Assembly: GCA_050698735.1 (NCBI GenBank)
Contig: JBOHCG010000001.1
Coordinates: 1 to 55,963 of the forward strand
DNA length: 55,963 nucleotides
Reading direction: 5' to 3'
Origin: Streptosporangiaceae bacterium
Lineage (GTDB): Bacteria; Actinomycetota; Actinomycetes; Streptosporangiales; Streptosporangiaceae
Shown: positions 37,909 through 46,214 of the stretch, one piece after another
Layout of the letters: each line of letters opens with the position of its first letter
Numbering within the stretch: position 1 is the stretch's first letter
Program-made: the position numbers and the translations under genes
The notes under the pieces: model-generated
The model's input: the letters and a program-made list of their open reading frames with translations, nothing else
Databases searched by the model: none
Told to the model about the DNA's origin: nothing

Positions 37909-39063
37909 ATGGCCGCCGATGCTCATCAAGTCGTTCACCGGCCCCTTGTTGTATTGCAGCCGACAACCTTTTGCAACATCGATTGCCAGTACTGTTACCT
38001 TCCCGGCCGCTCCAATACGAGGCGGATGTCGGTTGACGTAATTCGCCGGATCGCTGCCGAAGTGCTGGGGACCAAGCTTTACGACGGGGAGATCCACTTT
38101 CTCTGGCACCTGGGAGAGCCGCTGTCGGTCCGTTCTGACTTTTACGAGGAAGCCTTCTCGGAGATTGCGCGCATTAATCAAGCTTATGGCAGAGAATATG
38201 TTCACACGTTCCAGACCAACGCGACACTGATAGATGAGGGCTGGATTGAGCTCATCAAAAAGCATCACGTGCGGATAGGCGTAAGTTTGGATGGGCCGGC
38301 ATTCATCCACGATCGGGAGCGAATAACACGGAGAGGAACGGGTACGCATGCGGCTGTCCTCAGGGGAGTACGACTGCTGCAGGAGCACGGTGTCTCGTTC
38401 GCCGTTATAGCGGTGTTGACGAACTTCACCCTGGATTATCCCGATGAATTCTTCAATTTCTATATCGAGCATGGGATAAGCCGAGTAGGCTACAACATCG
38501 ATGAGATAGAAGGTGTTCATACTTCAACGTCTTTCACGCATCATGAGGCAGTTGCGCGCTACAAGCGGTTCGTAGCTCGCATCATTCAACTGTCCGATTC
38601 GAGTGGCGGCGCCGTGCGGTTTAGAGAGGTGTGGGACAACATGCGCTCGATTGTAATGGGAGCTGACCCGTACAATCTGGCGAACAAGCCCCTACGGATC
38701 CTGAATTTCGATGTAGATGGAAACTTCAGCACCTATTGTCCTGAACTCGTTGCCGCGAAAAGCGACAGGTACGGGGACTTTGTCATGGGAAACATTCTGA
38801 CGAATGGGCTAGACGACCTCCTGACCAACCCGATCTTTCAGTTGGTGAACCGCGAGGTTGAGGAAGGCCTCGCGCTGTGTGAGCGAACCTGTCCGTATTG
38901 GAGTTATTGCGGTGGAGGCGAGCCTTCGAGCAAGTTCTTCCAGTATGGCCGCTTTGACGTTGCAGAGACCACTACTTGCAGGATCCACAAGCAAGCAACA
39001 GTTGACGTTCTGGTTGATTATCTGGAAGCGAAGTTGCCGAGCAGCGTCCAGGGCAAGCTGTGA
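37909..39063 (+). CDS. Radical SAM / SPASM-type peptide maturase (GRRM / cyclophane-forming-like)
   Basis: VVLQPTTFCNIDCQYCYLP (CX3CX2C), GEPL, and a C-terminal Cys cluster YCPELVAAKSDRYGDFVMG ... CERTCPYWSYCGGGE ... TTCRIHK. RBS AGAAGGGAAGG. Confidence 0.85.
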   Translation: MAADAHQVVHRPLVVLQPTTFCNIDCQYCYLPGRSNTRRMSVDVIRRIAAEVLGTKLYDGEIHFLWHLGEPLSVRSDFYEEAFSEIARINQAYGREYVHTFQTNATLIDEGWIELIKKHHVRIGVSLDGPAFIHDRERITRRGTGTHAAVLRGVRLLQEHGVSFAVIAVLTNFTLDYPDEFFNFYIEHGISRVGYNIDEIEGVHTSTSFTHHEAVARYKRFVARIIQLSDSSGGAVRFREVWDNMRSIVMGADPYNLANKPLRILNFDVDGNFSTYCPELVAAKSDRYGDFVMGNILTNGLDDLLTNPIFQLVNREVEEGLALCERTCPYWSYCGGGEPSSKFFQYGRFDVAETTTCRIHKQATVDVLVDYLEAKLPSSVQGKL

Positions 39064-39479
39064 AGGACATGGAGGCGGCGTACAGTCTGCTTGTTGAGCT
39101 GATGGATCGTATATCCTACAAGCCCGGGTACGAATTCGCCCTCGAGAGAGTAAAGGGTGACGTAGCGCGTGTGTCACTTACTTGTAACACGCTGCCGAAC
39201 TCCTACGAACCGACTGCGACAATCGGCTTGACAATCATGAACGGTATCAACCTGCGAACTATTGCGACAGCAGCCGATGCACTTCAGGCGTTTGCTGCGG
39301 TTGTCGCTCGCTTTGAGCTTCATGAGACTGCGGAATTCTTCAAATGTGATGGGCGGACTATATTTGATGCCCACGCAAGGGGAGACAGCTTCGGCGAGTT
39401 TCTTTGGTCCGACTTTGCCAGTCTCGGGGGCTTGTATTTGAGGGCGCTCAAAGACGCCTTGGAGAAACAAGACGAGTAA
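39060..39479 (+). CDS. Hypothetical protein (139 aa) translationally coupled to the rSAM gene
   Basis: GTG 39060 overlaps the rSAM stop (alternative ATG 39069). No recognisable motif. Confidence 0.45.
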   Translation: MKDMEAAYSLLVELMDRISYKPGYEFALERVKGDVARVSLTCNTLPNSYEPTATIGLTIMNGINLRTIATAADALQAFAAVVARFELHETAEFFKCDGRTIFDAHARGDSFGEFLWSDFASLGGLYLRALKDALEKQDE

Positions 39480-39542
39480 GGCGTATGGGAGGCTGCTTGC
39501 GCGCTCGGGGCAATACGGGCCAGCTGTATCTGGGAGGCTCTG

Positions 39543-40490
39543 ATGCGTGACGATGGCACCTTGATTACCATCGTTGGCGGTTACGGGGATGCATTCCTTG
39601 CCCTTCCGAGTATTCGGGAAGTTGCAAGACGTCGCGGTCGCCAGCAGGTATATCTTCTCTGCCCCGAGGCGCATATTTCTGCCTTCTTCGCTGATCTGGA
39701 TCTGAACTATTTGCCGATCCCTCCCGACATGGAGAATGTAGCGGCTACCGACTTGGCTCCTCTTTCCATCCAGGAAGTGATAAGTTTCAACGTTTACTAT
39801 CCATGTGCGGTCGATCATCTGGCTGCAGAAGTATTCGCAAGCGCGCGTTGGCGAGGGTTTTTTGATAGATACGGGCGGTTGATGGTTCGCCCCTCCGCGC
39901 TGGTCAACAAGCACAAGAGAGACCAGTATTTTGAAGTACTTGGTCTGGATCCCACCTACAAACCGATGGACCGCCGCCTGGCATTGAGGCCGGAGAGAGT
40001 GGAGGATATTGCCGCTTTCTGCCTAAAGGAGCGCCCTCCGGGCGGGCGGCGATTCTATACTCTCCATCTTGATACTCAAGATATTAAGATGTGGCCGGTG
40101 GAGTCTTGGGTTACGGTTGTTGCGTACCTATGGAATCGCTGGCGGGCATGGCCGCTCATCATCGGTAAGCCTACCGAGTCATCAGATGCCTTGCTGCAGG
40201 AATTTTCATTTGCCCGGAGTATGTTTTCATATCCAGACGTAAGGGATCAGGTATGCGGCATCTCGGTGGGGCACGCATTCTTGGGCGTAGACTCGATGTT
40301 TGCTCATATCGCTGAGAGCCTTCGGATCCAATCGGTTGTGCTCTTTGGTCCTTTCGACCTGACAGTATGGGGTCCGACTAGCGACACGTCGTTGGCGATC
40401 CAAATGAAGGTGCCGGAGCTTCTGCGGGAGTTGAATCCGGTCGATGTGATTGAAAGCCTAGATGCCACACTGAGTGAGGCTCTTGGGTAG
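39543..40490 (+). CDS. Glycosyltransferase family 9-like (heptosyltransferase fold)
   Basis: N-terminal LITIVGGYGDAFLALPSIREVARR and C-terminal FLGVDSMFAHIAESLRIQSVVLFGPFDLTVWGP match the GT9 pattern (GDxL..xP ... G.DSG..H.A.A...P.V.LFGPT). Confidence 0.6.
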   Translation: MRDDGTLITIVGGYGDAFLALPSIREVARRRGRQQVYLLCPEAHISAFFADLDLNYLPIPPDMENVAATDLAPLSIQEVISFNVYYPCAVDHLAAEVFASARWRGFFDRYGRLMVRPSALVNKHKRDQYFEVLGLDPTYKPMDRRLALRPERVEDIAAFCLKERPPGGRRFYTLHLDTQDIKMWPVESWVTVVAYLWNRWRAWPLIIGKPTESSDALLQEFSFARSMFSYPDVRDQVCGISVGHAFLGVDSMFAHIAESLRIQSVVLFGPFDLTVWGPTSDTSLAIQMKVPELLRELNPVDVIESLDATLSEALG

Positions 40491-40738
40491 GGGGCTGGCG
40501 GTCGAAATGCGGTGACTATCGAACATCTGGAATATTGCCGCACCAAGCGGGACGCGTGCAGATATGATCAGCTCCTGTGTCAACTGGTCTCCTTGATCTA
40601 CAGATCCGGCGCTCGACTGCCTTGTGGCGGGTCGCTTTCGCGAGGCGGTCAGAATCGATTCGTCAGGCGAGCGCTCCGTCGTCGGCGATGACGGGAAAGG
40701 TTCAGTCAGCGAGCAGTCGAAGACAAGAGGATGGCGTG

Positions 40739-41602
40739 ATGGCTGAGGAGAGCGTACTTGCATGGCATTGGTGTCGACGCGATAGGCGTCTGGGATCGAT
40801 AGACCGCCGGGTGGTTCGCGCTGGTGGCGTGTATGACATAGATGGACCAATCGTGCTGTGCAAGCGAGGTCTGCACGGTTGCCGCACGGCTATGCAGGCG
40901 CTCCATTACGCCTCGGGTGACGTGATATGTCGTGTGCGGCTGTCTGGGGAGATCCGCGAGAATTATGACAAACTCGCCGCATCCCGCCGCGAGGTTCTGT
41001 GGTTGGCCGAGGCCGGGGCTACGCTCCACCGGTTCGCCGTCTGGTGCGCTGAGGCCTCGCTCGCTCGGTTGGAGACGAGGGTGACCGTTGATCCCCGGTT
41101 GCACGAGGCGCTGGCGGTGAAATTGCGCTGGGTGGAAGGCCTCGCATCGGACGACGAGCTGGCCGCGGCGTGGGCCGCTGCCAGGGAGGTAGACAGGGAC
41201 GCCGCCAAGGTCCCGGCCTGGACGGAGGCTAGTGACGCACCGTGGGAGGCGGCTAGATCGTCCGCCTGGCTTTCAGCGTGGGACATGGCTTGGATCGATA
41301 CTGGGGCCGCAGTGAGGGACGCAGCCTGGAACGCCGCGAAGGGCGGATCCTGGGGTGCAACGGGGAGGGCTGCTTGGGAGGCTGCCTGGGATGCAGGTGA
41401 GGCTGGCTCAGTGAGGGACGTGGCCTGGAATTCGATCAGGGACGCGGCGTGGGCTAAAGCATGGGACGCCGTGAGGGCGGCCCAGTCTGCGGAGCTTGAG
41501 CGGCGCCTCTTGTCACTCGCTCCCGCGTTGTCTGAGTACACCGCGGATGCTACAGCCACAAGCAGACGGTCCGTGGACGGTGGCACCGGGACGCTTGAGT
41601 GA
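40739..41602 (+). CDS. Hypothetical protein with a C-terminal Ala/Trp-rich repeat region
   Basis: ATG at 40739 after AAGAGGA. N-domain ...IVLCKRGLHGCRTAMQALHYASGDVICRVRLSGE. The C-terminus carries degenerate repeats (AAWAAAREV, APWEAARSSAW, AWNAAKGGSW, AAWEAAWDAG, VAWNSIRDAAWAKAWDAV). Confidence 0.45.
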   Translation: MAEESVLAWHWCRRDRRLGSIDRRVVRAGGVYDIDGPIVLCKRGLHGCRTAMQALHYASGDVICRVRLSGEIRENYDKLAASRREVLWLAEAGATLHRFAVWCAEASLARLETRVTVDPRLHEALAVKLRWVEGLASDDELAAAWAAAREVDRDAAKVPAWTEASDAPWEAARSSAWLSAWDMAWIDTGAAVRDAAWNAAKGGSWGATGRAAWEAAWDAGEAGSVRDVAWNSIRDAAWAKAWDAVRAAQSAELERRLLSLAPALSEYTADATATSRRSVDGGTGTLE

Positions 41603-41797
41603 GACATTGGAGAGGACAAGGCGACGCGCCGCAATACGAGGTCGGTTAAGGTGATCCGGAGCTCAGAGCGCGAGCAGGCAAGCACGTCGACAAGGATTTG
41701 TGGGTTTCTTGCCTTGCGTGTCGAACTGGAACGGAACGAGATCCTGAACGGGTAGTACCATCAGATAGTTGATGATCACATCGCTAGGCTAGGTGTT

Positions 41798-42349
41798 GTG
41801 CCCATGGCCGACTACGACGGAAGCAAGCAGTCCGCCGATTTGGTTAGCCGGTCTGTGGGGCCTGTCCTGGATAAGCTGTCTCATATCTTGGATGGTACGA
41901 GGCGCACTGATGGCGGTGAGATGGCGAGAATTGAACTCCGTCGTGTCGTGACTTGTCTACTACGAGTACACGAAGGGCAGTGGGAGCTTGAGGCATCGTG
42001 CCGAGCGGTCGATGTAAGCGCTATTGAGCTCGGACATCTGAAGCGCGCAATAGACGAATCAAATGCTCGGCGAGTCGCATGCATCAATTACATTGATGAC
42101 GCAATCCGAGAGTACGTGCCTACCGGTGGGCGCGACACGCTCTTGTGGCCCTTGACTGCCGGTCAAATGATCGACAATCTGTTGATAGCCGGATTGAAAG
42201 CCTATAAGTTTGATCCGCCTCGCCCTGGCGCGACTGAGACATTTGTGCATTTGCGGCGATCATTTGAGGCTATGTTGGCCCTTGTTGAGGAGGGGTCGGT
42301 CACTCTACCTCCCGCATCGACTATTAAAGATTATTGTCCAACCGATTAG
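41798..42349 (+). CDS. Hypothetical protein (possibly DUF4254-like)
   Basis: 183 aa. WELEASCRAVDVSAIELGHLKRAIDESNARRVACINYIDDAI resembles what I recall of DUF4254, a family often found next to GT9 genes. Its 3' end is part of the 250-bp repeat. Confidence 0.4.
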   Translation: MPMADYDGSKQSADLVSRSVGPVLDKLSHILDGTRRTDGGEMARIELRRVVTCLLRVHEGQWELEASCRAVDVSAIELGHLKRAIDESNARRVACINYIDDAIREYVPTGGRDTLLWPLTAGQMIDNLLIAGLKAYKFDPPRPGATETFVHLRRSFEAMLALVEEGSVTLPPASTIKDYCPTD

Positions 42350-42448
42350 CCTACCGAGCCGGTCTCCTCGAAACGGCGGATGGCCGCCCCTGGAGCGTGG
42401 CCGAGGGCGGCCCGCTAACGGGTCCGGATGTACCTCGCTGTGATGTGC
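42200..42448 (+). repeat. 250-bp direct repeat, copy 2
   Basis: Aligns with 34992-35241; see that entry. Confidence 0.7.
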
Positions 42449-42469
42449 TGGAAGCTGCGATGGTTGCGG

Positions 42470-42585
42470 ATCGTCGCAGTCGGCAACGACGGGACGACGG
42501 AATTCCCCTGCATAGTCTTCTCGCCGGACGGCTTCCGTCTGGCTACGAGCGGCGACCACACAATCAAGATCTCGGGCATGCCATA
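42470..42585 (+). pseudogene. Isolated WD40-repeat fragment
   Basis: CIVFSPDGFRLATSGDHTIKI is a single WD40 blade of the same FSPDGK.LA type as in 46432-49284. It has no start and no neighbouring blades. Confidence 0.4.
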
Positions 42586-42789
42586 TAGTACAGTCGCGGT
42601 TTTACGTTTAGTGCTGGCGATGTTGCGGTAAGGATTGGTCCCGCATGCCGCACCGGTGACGCTGAGTAACAGGTTTCGGCTGGGCGGCGTAGTTACACGG
42701 GTGAAATTCGGGGCGGCCGTGCCGTGTTGCCTGATGTGTGACCACAAACAACGACGACACGGCCGTACAGGCCAGCATAGAAGACGTGT

Positions 42790-43455
42790 CCGGGTGCTCG
42801 GCGAGGGCGGATGCGCAGGTCAGGGTGGTGCTGGGGCGGGTGATGGCGCAGCGCCGCAGCATGCCGGGTGCACCGGGCACGTGGAGAATTGCGTCACCAC
42901 GGTGTTCTCCGCGTGGGTGGCCACGTCCGGGCAGGCCTGGGCGGACTTCGACGTGTTCATGCCGGAGCGCTGGGAGAAGGACTGGCGGCGGCGCCGGGCC
43001 GCCCGGATCCGGGCGGGCTGGGACACGCGACCAAGCCGCAGCTGGCCATCGATCAGATCGGGCGGCTGCTGGATGCGGGCCTGCCCGCGAAGTGGGCGGC
43101 GTATGCGAGGTGTACGGCCGCAGTGGCGAGCTGCGGCGGTTCTGCGAGTCCAGGAACCTGGCCTATGTGGCGGTCGTCCCCTGCGACTTCCGCGTCACGC
43201 TGCCGTCCGGCTCTGTCATCCGCGCTGACCAGGCGGTGAACGACGCCGTCTTCGAGCGGCGCTCGTGCGGGAACGGGTCCAAAGGCCCCCGGTTCGCGGA
43301 CTGGGCGCTGACCGCCACCGCCAGCCCGCGGCACGTCCTGCTCATCCGCCGCCTGATCTCCCGCCCGGACCAGCTCACCTTCTACCTGTGCTGGGCGCCG
43401 CCAGGCCAGCCCGCGACCATGACCTATTTCATCACCATCGCCGGGCGCAGGTGGT
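42790..43455 (+). pseudogene. IS701-family transposase remnant (multiple frameshifts, both ends missing)
   Basis: Reading across three frames gives ...HAGCTGHVENCVTTVFSAWVATSGQAWADFDVFMPERW..., ...TKPQLAIDQIGRLLDAGLPAKWAAY..., and ...EVYGRSGELRRFCESRNLAYVAVVPCDF...FERRSCGNGSKGPRFADWA...LLIRR...FYLCWAP...ITIAGRRW. Confidence 0.6.
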
Positions 43456-43700
43456 CGGCAGACGTACTTGAAGGCTTCGGCGACCTCGTGGCCCGCTGCG
43501 CAAAGCAGGACGCTCCAATGCCCGGCTTGCCGGCCGTCGGCTGTCAGTCGCAGCGGCTCGAGCAGGTAAGAGGCATAGGCCTGGGAAAAGCCGAGAGCGC
43601 TCGCCAGGTCGCGCTGGGACCGTAGTCGACGAGATAGGCACGGATCAGATCGATGTAGGTCTGCCGGTGCATGAGCCGGTCTAGGTCCCACGACCGGCCG
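43455..43700 (-). pseudogene. 5' fragment of a second copy of the 30460-31686 HTH gene
   Basis: MHRQTYIDLIRAYLVDYG..QRDLASALGFSQAYASYLLEPL aligns with LHRQMYLDLIRAYLRDYGSQRDLARALGLTEAYLSFLMKPL. It contains a frameshift, and the rest of the gene is replaced by the IS701 remnant. Confidence 0.5.
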
Positions 43701-43716
43701 ACGGCGATCTCCCGCA

Positions 43717-44889
43717 TCACCGGGAACTCTGCACAATCTTAACCAGACCACCGCCTCGCGCCGCATGATGCTGGATTCGATATCCCATTACGTCAAGCGA
43801 GGGAGAGGACGATGGACTGGGACGGTTAGCACTATCGCGAACCGCTGGTGTATGCATGCTCGGGGCCCCGGCACCAGTGGTCGGAGGCAGTGACAACCAT
43901 TCCGGATAGACCGAACGCGAACATAAAAAGGACCACCGCGCGCCGTAGGCCAGGCCAGTCCGCAGGTACTGATACCGAAGATGAATGTCACCTGCGGCAT
44001 CGGGCCGCACGAGCGCATCGGAGTCAGCGAAATCATTCACCATCCCGCGCGGCAGGCCGACTATATTCCAGACGCGTGCGGGCAAGTTACGCGAGGCGAA
44101 CCGAATGCGGAGATCGAACTCGTCACAGCGATGCAGCGGCTGATGAGTGTACCGTGGATTGAATGCCTGGCCATCGGGAATCGTGACTGCCACGGCGACC
44201 TCGTGGGACTCTCCCCGGGCAAGCGGGCGCGGGAATTGGATGAAATAGCGGAAGTAGCTCGCCGCAGGCTGCTCATGGCGCGACATCGATCCGCCGTGAA
44301 TGACGCTTACTTCCAGTCGTTGCTTGTGCGCGTCGGTGAGGCTGCCCTGGCGCGGATCCGCGCTCGTAGGACGAGGAATACCGGCCGAAATGACGAACCC
44401 TGTGAGTCCGTGAACATTCGCGACCACCGTGCGCTCCTCGATGGCAGTCGGCTGCTCTCCATCGAGCCGCAGCAGCGTCCGGACCCGGGCCAGGTACCAG
44501 CGGCCTGGCATGTAATCATTAGCTTCCAGAGCCTGCGCGCCTGCTGATGCCTCGGCGAGGCTGATCGCCTCATCGACGCGACGCCTGGCGGTGCGTGCAT
44601 CTCGTTGCAGCCTGGCCGCCAGCCAGCATATTCGCTCGTCGAGGAACCTGTGCCGCACGTCCTCATCGAGAGCCAGGCCCGCCGAAAACGCAAGCCTCAG
44701 GTCCTCCGGCAGATTGCTGGCGAGTTCGTTGAGGAATGCGAGCAACCTGCGGCGGGCCTCCTCCTGGCTTTCGGCCGCATCGATCCCGGCCAGCGCCCGC
44801 AGGGTAGGACCCACGCGCTCACGTAGGTCACTGGCCATGATCCCGCGGCCTCGGCGCAGGCGGCTCAACTCATCGCCTAACGCACCCAT
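43717..44889 (-). CDS. Hypothetical protein, paralog of 31904-32869 with a 69-aa read-through extension
   Basis: Collinear with the paralog up to ...GLAYGARWS. The position matching the paralog's TAA stop is TTA here (43924-43926), so the ORF runs on to 43717. Confidence 0.5.
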   Translation of the reverse strand: MGALGDELSRLRRGRGIMASDLRERVGPTLRALAGIDAAESQEEARRRLLAFLNELASNLPEDLRLAFSAGLALDEDVRHRFLDERICWLAARLQRDARTARRRVDEAISLAEASAGAQALEANDYMPGRWYLARVRTLLRLDGEQPTAIEERTVVANVHGLTGFVISAGIPRPTSADPRQGSLTDAHKQRLEVSVIHGGSMSRHEQPAASYFRYFIQFPRPLARGESHEVAVAVTIPDGQAFNPRYTHQPLHRCDEFDLRIRFASRNLPARVWNIVGLPRGMVNDFADSDALVRPDAAGDIHLRYQYLRTGLAYGARWSFLCSRSVYPEWLSLPPTTGAGAPSMHTPAVRDSANRPSPSSSPSLDVMGYRIQHHAARGGGLVKIVQSSR

Positions 44890-45109
44890 AGTAGTACTTC
44901 CGCTTCCCTCGGAGACGGCCGACCGGCGCGGCATGGCCTGCGCGTCTTGGCCAGATTCTGCCACTTCAGCCACATAATGTCCATCCTTTGACCATGAATA
45001 TCGAGCCTTGGTGGTGCGATAATCGCTGCCAGATGGGGGCTAGATGGCAGGTTCTCCGGTCATGATCGACAACCCCCATCCGGTATTGCTAGATGAGGGG
45101 GTTCGGAGC

Positions 45110-45386
45110 ATGGCAAGCTTCCAGGAAGGCCACGCTCAGAATAGTCCGCCGATACCCGATCGCTTGCTACGGGAGGCCGTCACGCCGCCGGCGACTATTC
45201 GCGGCTGGCCGTTTTTTTGATAAGATTCGCTTCCGCTGGGGAGGCGCTGGTGAAATTGTAGTGGGCATCTCCATCGTGGAGGGCGCTCACAGCGTAATAT
45301 CCGGTATTCTTTTCATCCTGCTAACGTTAGGCGTCACGACGTGGATCTTCACCGGATTCGGCGTCCGAGGTCGATCAACCCCGTGA
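45110..45386 (+). pseudogene. Degenerate second copy of the 33089-33811 membrane-protein gene
   Basis: The upstream region and the first codons (MASFQEGHAQ vs MSSFQEGRAQ) are conserved. The frame stops after 36 codons, and a hydrophobic segment continues in another frame. Confidence 0.35.
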
Positions 45387-45524
45387 CCCCGGCGCGTTCA
45401 CGAAGCACGTCAGCCCGTACTCAGGTCCGTCAGGAGAGGGCCAAGCCGAATCAGGCACCCATGCCAGAAGACTTGAGGAGGTACCGAAGTCATTCGGCGA
45501 GCACGGGCACAGGCCGCCGGGCCA

Positions 45525-45543
45525 GTGACAAACCAAGTGACAA
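45525..45543. promoter_or_regulatory. Putative arm-type direct repeats (GTGACAA x2, 12-bp period) with no adjacent integrase
   Basis: GTGACAA at 45525 and 45537, 124 bp left of att core 2. The geometry matches 10726/10738 relative to core 1. Confidence 0.35.
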
Positions 45544-45648
45544 CCGCGCCATGCAGTGCCAGACGCAGCACGATACGCTCAGACACTGACACCTTCCTGA
45601 CCTGCAGTAATCCGACCCAGCTCGACATCATCAGACGAAACCATCAAG

Positions 45649-45694
45649 CATGGTAAGGAGAAGGTCTACGGTTCGATTCCGTAACGGGGCTCCA
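45649..45694 (+). repeat. att core 2: 3' portion of tRNA-Thr(GGU), followed here by CCA
   Basis: The 44 bp are identical to 10853-10896, and C45692 followed by CA at 45693-45694 gives a genomically encoded CCA end. There is no tRNA 5' half upstream. Confidence 0.75.
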
Positions 45695-46214
45695 GGTGAG
45701 GGTAATTTTTCGATCCTGATTTCATATCTTGATTTCAAGATCAAGTGACTAACTATGGCGGTTCGGCTCCAGTCGGCAGCGGGCAAGGTGTGACGTACCT
45801 GGACGCCAGGGCCTTCTGGTCTGCAGTAATGCGTTACGGACAGTCGAGTATGCGGAATTCTGGCGTCGCTCGTCTCCGTGAAACGGACAATGGGTTCGTC
45901 CGGCTAGGTCGCGTCGAGTCGGATTAGCGGAGACCGAGACGATGGGATCGTCTGGGGACGTCCGGCTTCGGCTGCCGTTGCCTGGGTCGTTGTCTCTTGA
46001 GCTGTCACTTCGCTTCTGGGTGAAGCGGACCGCGTCGGACGCGTGCATATGGCGAGGCCGCACGTTGACCGCTGCCCGGGGACAGCCCCGCGCCGGGGTA
46101 CCGAGCATGGCCAGGGCACTAGGCGGCCCGGTACCGCCGCGTCCGCACTTCTTTCAGACAGGCCGGTCAGTGGGCAGACCCGTTGCCTGAGCCGCGGAGG
46201 GAGGAGGCGCTTGT

